From positions 1 through 63,424 of IMG/VR virus record IMGVR_UViG_3300013093_000002: a stretch of DNA of 63,424 bases; one strand, written 5' to 3'. How positions within the stretch are numbered: the first letter of the stretch is position 1; every line of letters starts with the position of its first letter. Position numbers and translations under genes: made by a program. This document shows, one piece after another, positions 56,689-63,424 of the stretch. The stretch is from a virus. Lineage: Duplodnaviria > Caudoviricetes. Under the pieces are notes generated by a model. The model saw nothing but the letters and a program-made list of their open reading frames with translations, was not told the DNA's origin and did not search any database.

Positions 56689-57900
56689 TTAGTCTTCCTT
56701 TCTAATAACTTTACCATAGGTTGTAGGGAAATTACTTCGTTGCGTTATTAACCACAATGTCGGTGATGTGATGTTCCATTTAATATCATCTTCAACATAG
56801 CCGTCGGTAAATACAATGACTGCCTCAGTTTGTATCTTATGTTTATTTATATATTCACTCACACTTGATACATGAGTTCCACCACCACCTTCGGGTTTTA
56901 GTAATGACGCAATAGCATTGTATTGACTAGGTTCAAACACTTGCATCGAATGGACTTCGGTATCCCACCATAACACACGAACTTTTGATGGACTACTTAC
57001 TTCACAAATCGTCACCAGTTCCGTTGCAAACTCTGTAAGCTCTACGCTACCTATTGAACCTGATGTATCAATCGCTACAATTAATTCACCCATACTCTCG
57101 TTCTCAATAGATGGCATATAAATATCATTGACCATAAGTCTTTTGTTAAACCTTCGCCAAGTATATTCATCACTACCACGAGTCGCACTAGATATGAACT
57201 CACGCAATACCTCACGCCAATTAACTTTTGGTGTAAGTAAGTCTTGTATGGTTCTTGGTATCTTAGCACCGAGCCTGCCTGCCAATAGACTACCTTGCCT
57301 TATTGCATTGTCTATCTTACTTGCTTGCTCTGCTACTTGTTCAGGTGACATTGTTTGTGCGTTCTCAAAGTCGTGGTCATCTAATGTTTTCATATCTGAT
57401 ACATCGGGCTGACCATTACCATTGAGTCCACTACCTGTAGACTCACCCTTAGATTTCTTATCTTGTTGCTCTTTCTGTTTTTGTTTAAGATAGTTATATA
57501 CTTCACGCACAGACCAATTATGAAACTTTGCATCATACAATGCATCATCGGGCAACTTAACTATGTTAGGGTTAAGTTGCTTAATAACATCGTTCACAAC
57601 ATAGTCGGCGGCGACATTAACTAAGTGAGGCTCTGCCTTAAACTCTTTGGTAAATCGTTGTATGTGTTTGAATGCGACATGAAGGTTCTCATGCATCACT
57701 AAGCCACATAACTCTTGGTCGGTTAGACCTTCAATAAACTTTCTACCATACTTCTTATTGACGCCGTCGGTGTATGCAGTAATATCTTTATCCTCAACAC
57801 TACTCTTACCCATAAGGATAACACCCGAATACAATGCCGTGTCAGTATAGTTGAGCAAGGCAACATGAGCCTTCTTTAACCTCATCTCTTGACTAGCCAT
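56689..57900 (-). CDS. Metallopeptidase-vWA protein (DUF2201-like)
   Basis: TAYTDG, MHENLH (HEXXH), NVAADYVVN; MIDAS IDTSGS, GGGT, FTDGY. Confidence 0.9.
   Translation of the reverse strand: MASQEMRLKKAHVALLNYTDTALYSGVILMGKSSVEDKDITAYTDGVNKKYGRKFIEGLTDQELCGLVMHENLHVAFKHIQRFTKEFKAEPHLVNVAADYVVNDVIKQLNPNIVKLPDDALYDAKFHNWSVREVYNYLKQKQKEQQDKKSKGESTGSGLNGNGQPDVSDMKTLDDHDFENAQTMSPEQVAEQASKIDNAIRQGSLLAGRLGAKIPRTIQDLLTPKVNWREVLREFISSATRGSDEYTWRRFNKRLMVNDIYMPSIENESMGELIVAIDTSGSIGSVELTEFATELVTICEVSSPSKVRVLWWDTEVHSMQVFEPSQYNAIASLLKPEGGGGTHVSSVSEYINKHKIQTEAVIVFTDGYVEDDIKWNITSPTLWLITQRSNFPTTYGKVIRKED
57425..57443. repeat. Early-region palindrome copy (inside CDS linker)
   Basis: AGTCCACT-ACC-TGTAGACT. 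Confidence 0.8.
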
Positions 57901-57912
57901 ATTTCCTCCTTG

Positions 57913-57930
57913 AGTCTACAAGTGTAGACT
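57913..57930. repeat. Early-region palindrome copy (intergenic)
   Basis: AGTCTACA-AG-TGTAGACT. Confidence 0.9.
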
Positions 57931-57935
57931 TGTTA

Positions 57936-59009
57936 TTAAAATAACTCATGGTTCTCTGATGCCCACTTCGTAATCTCTAGATTACTACGAGCTAGCTTTC
58001 TAGTCTTATCACTACGGATAATCATAGTAAAGAATATCGCTTGTATCTCAGAGCTATCAATACGCTTAACAAACTTCATGAATGATGATAGTTCATCTTG
58101 AGTCTTGAGTCTATCTGTCGCTTGGAACATTAACATGAGTTGACCTGCCATATCCTCTGGAATATTAATATCCATTGGGTTCTCAATAATCTTGTCAAAC
58201 TCTGGTAATTGCTTATCAAGTTTAAGGAACGCACTCATATCTGCACTTGCACTCGCACCGATAGTCCCTGCCAATGCACACATCGTCGCATTATCACCAA
58301 TGACATCTTGGTTATCTACAATGACTGACGCTTTAGCTAATGAACGAGGGCTACAGAAAGATAGCACAGGCTTACTAGGATTAAAGATATATGGGTTATC
58401 CTCTTGACCTACATCAAGATAACTATTCAATGCTCTTGGGAACATATACACCCATGCTCTAATCAACGGATTGATATTGTTATTGCCTGCCCACTTGAGC
58501 CATGTATCCACATCGGGCTTTTGCATTTTCAATATACACACACGATTGCCTGCATGAGCTAACATCGTATCACCTACACCATCACTTGCATTGTTACTTG
58601 TGCCGAACACGATTGAGCCTTGTGGTAACTCTACATCACCGACACATCTCTCTAGCATTAACCTAGTAAAGATAACTTGTAATAACTTCGGTGACTTCAT
58701 GAACTCGTCTAGTAAGATAACCTTAGGCTTTGGACTATCTAGTTTAAACAAATTACCGACATAGCTCTCTAGTGTTTTGCTTTCGTGGTTCGGAATAGTC
58801 ATAGATATATCTGACATATCTTTCACAGGGCAATCTACATAGATATAATCATAGCTATCACCTAAGTCTTGCTCAATCATTTTGAGTAATGATGTCTTAC
58901 CACAACCTGGCTCTGATTGAATGATTGGTGTTAATTCTTTACCGATAGTTGGAATTATTTTTCTTAACTCGTCTATCGTTACACTTGCTACATTACTTAT
59001 TGTCGCCAT
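57936..59009 (-). CDS. MoxR-like AAA+ ATPase
   Basis: SEPGCGKTS, ILLDEF, TSN...DGV, NR, SPRS; adjacent vWA partner gene. Confidence 0.88.
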   Translation of the reverse strand: MATISNVASVTIDELRKIIPTIGKELTPIIQSEPGCGKTSLLKMIEQDLGDSYDYIYVDCPVKDMSDISMTIPNHESKTLESYVGNLFKLDSPKPKVILLDEFMKSPKLLQVIFTRLMLERCVGDVELPQGSIVFGTSNNASDGVGDTMLAHAGNRVCILKMQKPDVDTWLKWAGNNNINPLIRAWVYMFPRALNSYLDVGQEDNPYIFNPSKPVLSFCSPRSLAKASVIVDNQDVIGDNATMCALAGTIGASASADMSAFLKLDKQLPEFDKIIENPMDINIPEDMAGQLMLMFQATDRLKTQDELSSFMKFVKRIDSSEIQAIFFTMIIRSDKTRKLARSNLEITKWASENHELF

Positions 59010-59187
59010 GTTTATCTCCTCTAGTTTGTTTTAAAATACTTTCTGCCGTTGCTTGTATAATTTTACTTCTATCTCGTTCTGACATTCGTTTTAATTCTCT
59101 TTGCATACGAAGATGATGGACAATCTCAATGGTCTTGGCACAAAGAAACCCACACCCAAACCCTACTGCTAATGCTAGATACTGCAT
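58993..59187 (-). CDS. Small membrane-anchored protein
   Basis: AGGAG RBS; hydrophobic N-terminus. Confidence 0.6.
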   Translation of the reverse strand: MQYLALAVGFGCGFLCAKTIEIVHHLRMQRELKRMSERDRSKIIQATAESILKQTRGDKHGDNK

Positions 59188-59197
59188 ATGCTACTCC

Positions 59198-60118
59198 TTA
59201 TAGTTTAAATTTATTTAAGATACCTTCTACATCTGACTTCACTTTCTCACGAACTGCATCACTCTCTCGTAAGACTTCTGAGTCTACACCTTGTAGACTA
59301 TACTCCAACTTGTTGACTGCGTCGCTAAGCCGTTTAGTCATCTCATTGTCTACGGGTTTAAATGCTTTAAATGTGTTACATAACTCTTTAGCTTTTTCGA
59401 TTGTGGTATCATATATTTTGCGTTTCTTCGTTTTAGTTTCGCCTGTGACGGCGTCGGTAGTTTCTGACACTCCACAGCAATAGCTGATACTTTCCATAAC
59501 TTCTGTAATCCGTTCCACTTGGTCTTGAATGACATGATTGATAATCCCTTCTGCTTGCTTTTCGTATTGTTGTTTTAAATCATCAGCGATATCGTTAGAG
59601 ATACTGCATCGCCAATCATGACTCGGCACTTCACTTACATATAACTTGATACCGAACTTGCTACGGACTTCATTGACATCGGGATAATCATGCCTATTAA
59701 ACATATCGCCTTGCTTAAATGCCATGTTACCTACGATTGTAGAATAGTTGTTTACAAAACTATCAAGTAACCTATTGAACTCTACCTCATGCTCAGTATA
59801 TTCTTGTTTGAACTTGGTGAGATTAACTACGGGTAATAAGTCTTGAGAGTTGTTCCACCTAAATGTGCTACGCTTCAACCAATTATATATAGTCTGACGA
59901 TAATTAGATAAACGCTTGTGGAATTGGTCATCAGCTAAAAGGTTCTTCACAAATCTGCCTGCACTTGCGTCGGCTTTCTTGAGACTAGTTACCTCGTCTG
60001 ATATACCTCTGTCTTGCTTTGTTGCTGACCACACATTCACATCAACGGACACCAATACTGCCGATGTCGCTAAAGAAATGATATGGTTCGGTTGTTCCAT
60101 TTCAAATGATAGTTCCAT
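59198..60118 (-). CDS. Conserved early protein accompanying AAA/vWA modules (DUF3150-like)
   Basis: AVLV.V...WSA.K.D...K.LL...LLP...F...DYP...LRE...R pattern. Confidence 0.65.
   Translation of the reverse strand: MELSFEMEQPNHIISLATSAVLVSVDVNVWSATKQDRGISDEVTSLKKADASAGRFVKNLLADDQFHKRLSNYRQTIYNWLKRSTFRWNNSQDLLPVVNLTKFKQEYTEHEVEFNRLLDSFVNNYSTIVGNMAFKQGDMFNRHDYPDVNEVRSKFGIKLYVSEVPSHDWRCSISNDIADDLKQQYEKQAEGIINHVIQDQVERITEVMESISYCCGVSETTDAVTGETKTKKRKIYDTTIEKAKELCNTFKAFKPVDNEMTKRLSDAVNKLEYSLQGVDSEVLRESDAVREKVKSDVEGILNKFKL
59281..59299. repeat. Early-region palindrome copy (inside CDS)
   Basis: AGTCTACA-CCT-TGTAGACT. Confidence 0.9.
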
Positions 60119-60137
60119 ACTGCTCTCCTAGTTAATG

Positions 60138-60156
60138 AGTCTACACCATGTAGACT
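60138..60156. repeat. Early-region palindrome copy (intergenic)
   Basis: AGTCTACA-CCA-TGTAGACT. Confidence 0.9.
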
Positions 60157-60199
60157 CTACATAAATGCTATACACACTTTTCCCATCGTCTAATATATA

Positions 60200-60228
60200 A
60201 TTATACCATAGATTACAAAAAAAGTCAA
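60200..60228 (-). promoter_or_regulatory. Strong sigma70-type early promoter
   Basis: TTGACT-17 nt-TATAAT with a TG extension. Confidence 0.85.
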
Positions 60229-60239
60229 TAGCCCCCTAC

Positions 60240-60689
60240 TTAAACATTAAACTCAAAACTTCTATTTATATTCATTAAACTATACCCATCATCACCACCA
60301 TACTCTTCTTCAAAGTCATTTATCTCTTCACCAATTCTTATCTTGGCATATGATATGGGAAGGCTAATTAAGTCCTCTGTATTGTCATACATATCTGAAT
60401 ACTCTTGTGCTAATACTATTAAAGACTCATGACACTTAACATCATCAAACGAGTCATACCATTTCACATCATAGGCACTATACTTTATAAAGCACTCACC
60501 TTGATTGATAGTTAGTAAGTCCCAATCACTTTCTTCAAAGCAATCTTTTGTATCCTCTCTTGACTTGGCATCAGCTAAGAATACATTGAATAAACCTTCT
60601 TTAGTGACTCGTTTATCTATTGGTGTGTCATCTTTATACTTAGGCTCATGAAATTGGATAACATAGCCTACATCTGAACGATAGCCCAT
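60240..60689 (-). CDS. Acidic early protein
   Basis: MGYRSDV...VKWY..F.DV...RIGEE..D pattern recalled from phage early genes. Confidence 0.75.
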   Translation of the reverse strand: MGYRSDVGYVIQFHEPKYKDDTPIDKRVTKEGLFNVFLADAKSREDTKDCFEESDWDLLTINQGECFIKYSAYDVKWYDSFDDVKCHESLIVLAQEYSDMYDNTEDLISLPISYAKIRIGEEINDFEEEYGGDDGYSLMNINRSFEFNV

Positions 60690-60690
60690 T

Positions 60691-61005
60691 TTAAATATCC
60701 TTTGGTGTAATTAGTTTCTCGGCATACGCTATGGCATCTTGTATGGCTTGGTCTTCAAATAATTCCTTAGGCGATACATATGTCTCAGCATGAACAGGTT
60801 CACTCGGTAAAGTTCCTAGTTCCAGTCTGATTGCGTGAAGTAGTTCCCTTGCTAATTCATAACGACCACGCACACCACTATCGTCATTGTAATCATCTAA
60901 ACCAGTTCCATTGATGCTCTCAGCGTCATACTTTAATTCACGACGCAAACTTGTTATAACTTTGTTAAGTATGCGTTCATACTTTGATGTTACTCTTTTA
61001 TTCAT
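60691..61005 (-). CDS. Hypothetical early protein
   Basis: GGAG RBS just after a palindrome copy. Confidence 0.7.
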   Translation of the reverse strand: MNKRVTSKYERILNKVITSLRRELKYDAESINGTGLDDYNDDSGVRGRYELARELLHAIRLELGTLPSEPVHAETYVSPKELFEDQAIQDAIAYAEKLITPKDI

Positions 61006-61019
61006 AATTTTCTCCGTTG

Positions 61020-61038
61020 AGTCTACAATGCGTAGACT
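61020..61038. repeat. Early-region palindrome copy (intergenic)
   Basis: AGTCTACA-ATG-CGTAGACT. Confidence 0.88.
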
Positions 61039-61040
61039 TA

Positions 61041-61250
61041 TTAAAATGCACTATTGATAACTCTTTGTGCTACTCGTTTCTTTAGCTTAGGGGTTGATAG
61101 CTTAGAATACATATCATGATAATTCCAATACTCCCTTTGAGTAGCTTTCTCGTTGTCTTTAATTCTGCCGTCGATAGTATAGTCATAGCCATGTGATGCT
61201 TTTTTAGCTAACCATTCAATCGCCTCAGCTCTGTTAAACTTAGTCATCAC
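61041..61250 (-). CDS. Hypothetical early protein
   Basis: GGAGG RBS. Confidence 0.65.
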   Translation of the reverse strand: MMTKFNRAEAIEWLAKKASHGYDYTIDGRIKDNEKATQREYWNYHDMYSKLSTPKLKKRVAQRVINSAF

Positions 61251-61533
61251 ACTTACCTCCGATACAAGTTTTATCCAAGATTTCGTTTTCCAAATCCTCC
61301 ATGATAGCTTGACTTTCTAATAACATTACTTTCATGTTGATATTTTCAAACGCATTAGGGAACGCTTCAATGACAAGACTTCTAACCATCATGCCTCTGT
61401 CTTTTAGGTTTTCACCTATCTGAGCTTTGACATAATCTTCGGGAACGACTTGCCACTCTTCTAACTCTTTAAGTCTACTTTCGTGGACTCCAACTTCTAC
61501 AACTGCGATGAACTTCTTAAACTGACTGCTCAT
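61240..61533 (-). CDS. Hypothetical early protein
   Basis: AAGGAG RBS. Confidence 0.7.
   Translation of the reverse strand: MSSQFKKFIAVVEVGVHESRLKELEEWQVVPEDYVKAQIGENLKDRGMMVRSLVIEAFPNAFENINMKVMLLESQAIMEDLENEILDKTCIGGKCDD
61472..61489. repeat. Early-region palindrome copy (inside CDS)
   Basis: AGTCTAC-TTTC-GTGGACT. Confidence 0.8.
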
Positions 61534-61640
61534 GATATTACTCCTTGTAGTTTAAATACGATTTCTGTGAATACGCAACCAAATACAAAAGCCATGATGT
61601 GCGTAGTTATAATTAGCATTACTTTATCTTTGTTACTCAT
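61530..61640 (-). CDS. 36-aa membrane peptide (absent from the ORF track)
   Basis: MSNKDKVMLIITTHIMAFVFGCVFTEIVFKLQGVIS; GAGG RBS; ATGA overlap with the next gene. Confidence 0.65.
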   Translation of the reverse strand: MSNKDKVMLIITTHIMAFVFGCVFTEIVFKLQGVIS

Positions 61641-61764
61641 ATGTTGCCTCACCTTCCATTGAATAGTATTCATCTTCAAGTTTATTTCTTTTAGCTTCAA
61701 GTTCCTCAATTTCTACATCTAATTTTATTAACTCTTGTCTTAGCTTTTCTTTTTTGTTACTCAT
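61633..61764 (-). CDS. 43-aa coiled-coil peptide (absent from the ORF track)
   Basis: MSNKKEKLRQELIKLDVEIEELEAKRNKLEDEYYSMEGEATYE; AGGAG RBS. Confidence 0.65.
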   Translation of the reverse strand: MSNKKEKLRQELIKLDVEIEELEAKRNKLEDEYYSMEGEATYE

Positions 61765-61967
61765 TTTGTTTCTCCTTTTACTTTTCGCATGACTGCAAAT
61801 GCGACTTGTTCTCTTAAAAACTTATCACTATAATTCTGATACTTAACTTTCCCAAACCAGTTCTCTATGCCTGCCTCTATGTTTTCTTGTATGCGTAGAG
61901 TTTCAACCATAGCCTCTCGTTCTTTTTTAGGTATGTAAGTTTTGCCTTCTTTACTTAGTTCTCTCAC
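61761..61967 (-). CDS. Hypothetical early protein
   Basis: GGAGG RBS; GTG start. Confidence 0.65.
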   Translation of the reverse strand: MRELSKEGKTYIPKKEREAMVETLRIQENIEAGIENWFGKVKYQNYSDKFLREQVAFAVMRKVKGETK

Positions 61968-61983
61968 TTCATATTCCTCCCCT

Positions 61984-62349
61984 TTAAAATTTTGGTGTAG
62001 TCCAACCTGAGTCTACACTATGTGGACTCAAGACCTTATCCATACAATACCCAACGATACCATAGTCTGCAATAGAAATCAATTCGTTCGTGTCTACCCA
62101 TTTAGATACATGGTCTGGTCGAGCTTGGCTTTGTTGCCTTGATGTGCTTGGTGAATACTTATCTTTATTACCTATCCACATACAAGCCACGCTATCCCAA
62201 ACATACATAGGAAAATGATAGCCATAACTATAAACTACATAGTTCTTGCCGACACCACAATTAAACCATTCACCAAACATATTACTTGCTTTAAATGGTT
62301 CTAACGCTTTAATGCTTTCAATCGCTTTTTTGTTTGATGTTCTCGTCAT
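61984..62349 (-). CDS. Conserved phage early protein
   Basis: YVVYSYG.HFP...W..N.DKYS.STSRQQ. Confidence 0.75.
   Translation of the reverse strand: MTRTSNKKAIESIKALEPFKASNMFGEWFNCGVGKNYVVYSYGYHFPMYVWDSVACMWIGNKDKYSPSTSRQQSQARPDHVSKWVDTNELISIADYGIVGYCMDKVLSPHSVDSGWTTPKF
62010..62028. repeat. Early-region palindrome copy (inside CDS)
   Basis: AGTCTACA-CTA-TGTGGACT, extended by TG/CA. Confidence 0.88.
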
Positions 62350-62561
62350 TTAACTAGCCCTCCTTTATTGTTAAGACCTTTTAAGTCTGCTTGATTAGTG
62401 ATAACCATGTAATTACTTTTGTGCATTGGTGCTATGGTATGTTTCTTTTGCTTAGCTATCTCGTCACCACATTGTAAACAGGTGTTATAGCCTAAGTCCC
62501 ACCGAGCTTGTAATACATGACTGAAACACTTAACGCATAGATTGTTATACTCATTAGCCAT
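62346..62561 (-). CDS. Small C4 zinc-finger protein
   Basis: CVKC...R..LGY..CLQCG...PMHKSNY. Confidence 0.75.
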   Translation of the reverse strand: MANEYNNLCVKCFSHVLQARWDLGYNTCLQCGDEIAKQKKHTIAPMHKSNYMVITNQADLKGLNNKGGLVK

Positions 62562-62766
62562 GACTATTCCCTTCTGCTTGTTGAAATGCTTTTTCTATCC
62601 TAAGTTGGTTGAGTAAATCGTGCAATTCGGCTATGGGCTTTTTCCACCTACGCTTGATATGCCATGCGAGTCTCTTACCTTCTTTGGTATTGGTATGAAC
62701 AAAAAACGCCTCTTTCCATATATCGTTTAAAACTTTGTTCCTTTCAATAGCGTCTTTCAATGCCAT
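62554..62766 (-). CDS. Hypothetical early protein
   Basis: Start re-assigned to MALKD (GAGGG RBS), which makes the upstream palindrome intergenic. Confidence 0.6.
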   Translation of the reverse strand: MALKDAIERNKVLNDIWKEAFFVHTNTKEGKRLAWHIKRRWKKPIAELHDLLNQLRIEKAFQQAEGNSHG

Positions 62767-62780
62767 AACTTTACCCTCTG

Positions 62781-62799
62781 AGTCTACTCGTTGTAGACT
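62781..62799. repeat. Early-region palindrome copy (probably intergenic)
   Basis: AGTCTACT-CGT-TGTAGACT. Confidence 0.85.
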
Positions 62800-62816
62800 T
62801 GAAACGCCATCACTAC

Positions 62817-63161
62817 TCACTTCAACCACCATGCGATAACAAACCCTACACAAACCCACACAAGAGCTTCAATAAATTTATCCATGAATGTCTTATCTCC
62901 CTTAAAAGATTCTAAACCAATACTATTCCTTATTTTCTTTTCTTCTGCCTGCCTTTGTTTAGCCCAATCATTTAAGCGATAATTGCGTCTGACTAATGCT
63001 TTGCGTCGTAGGTCTGCATAATTGTGGTTAGCTTCATTTAGTTTTTGGACTAGCTTGATGTTTTGATTAACATAAGCCACAGACTTTCTAACCTTGTCTA
63101 CTTCTTTCTTTTGTTCATCATCTAACAAGTGACCATAGCCACCATATTTTTTATCTTGCAT
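62817..63161 (-). CDS. Early protein with C-terminal membrane anchor
   Basis: GGAG RBS; ALVWVCVGFVIAWWLK tail. Confidence 0.75.
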   Translation of the reverse strand: MQDKKYGGYGHLLDDEQKKEVDKVRKSVAYVNQNIKLVQKLNEANHNYADLRRKALVRRNYRLNDWAKQRQAEEKKIRNSIGLESFKGDKTFMDKFIEALVWVCVGFVIAWWLK

Positions 63162-63191
63162 TTTACTATCTCCAATTAGTTTAAAAATATA

Positions 63192-63210
63192 AGTCTACAA
63201 AGTGTAGACT
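63192..63210. repeat. Early-region palindrome copy (intergenic)
   Basis: AGTCTACA-AAG-TGTAGACT. Confidence 0.9.
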
Positions 63211-63249
63211 CAACATACATCAATGGACAAAGCTCTGCCCATTATTAAC

Positions 63250-63278
63250 ATTATACCCTAGTTTAAGCCTTTTGTCAA
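63250..63278 (-). promoter_or_regulatory. Perfect-consensus sigma70 early promoter
   Basis: TTGACA-17 nt-TATAAT. Confidence 0.9.
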
Positions 63279-63301
63279 GCGTCGTGTAAGATATTCTCTA
63301 A

Positions 63302-63424
63302 CCATGTTTTAGGCTTAAATGTGCGTGGTTTTTGTGTTGTAAGTGCTTGATTTTAAACGAGGTTCATAGGTTCGGGGTTAGTAAACTTCCGTTATTGTCC
63401 CATGAACCAAGTTTTTGAAATGGA
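63302..63424. repeat. Terminal direct repeat copy 2
   Basis: Identical to 1-123. Confidence 0.95.

Noticed and set aside
55648-63210. Palindromes as a CRISPR array, integron attC sites or terminators
   Set aside because: Spacing is hundreds of bp and irregular. There is no cas operon or integrase, no attC GTTRRRY ends and no U-tracts, and five copies are inside ORFs.
1-63424. tRNA genes, integrase, introns/inteins or stop-codon recoding
   Set aside because: No cloverleaf or recombinase motifs were seen by eye, core genes are uninterrupted and of normal length, and all three stop codons end genes normally.

Overview
The window looks like a complete, AT-rich tailed-phage genome of about 63.3 kb, assembled as a circle (1-123 is identical to 63302-63424). 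It has two arms. The rightward late arm (2.3-41.0 kb) carries terminase, P22-like portal, GroES-like co-chaperonin, scaffold, Mu-gpT-like major capsid, a cluster of small basic proteins, neck/tail and Gly-rich fibre proteins, a spanin-holin-lysozyme cassette, ejection proteins and a 1907-aa polyvalent virion protein. No tail tube or tape-measure gene is visible, which suggests a podovirus. The leftward early/replication arm (41.0-63.2 kb, continuing across the junction to 1.16 kb) carries a primase-helicase, SNF2 helicase, PD-(D/E)XK nuclease, family A DNA polymerase, 2OG-Fe(II) oxygenases, a TraR-like protein and an AAA/vWA module. No integrase, tRNA, CRISPR array or reverse transcriptase was seen. 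The main signals missing from the ORF track are: (1) a stand-alone pqqA gene (23-aa PQQ precursor peptide) with its own RBS and terminator right after the capsid gene, pointing to a Methylophilaceae host; (2) 11 copies of the palindrome AGTCYAC-N4-5-GTRGACT, seen only in the early region and five of them inside ORFs; (3) two candidate pseudoknotted RNAs, one after the capsid/pqqA locus and one in the DNA polymerase leader; (4) an origin-like noncoding block with IHF-consensus sites; (5) a G-quadruplex motif at the early/late switch. All family calls come from motif recognition by eye, not database searches.
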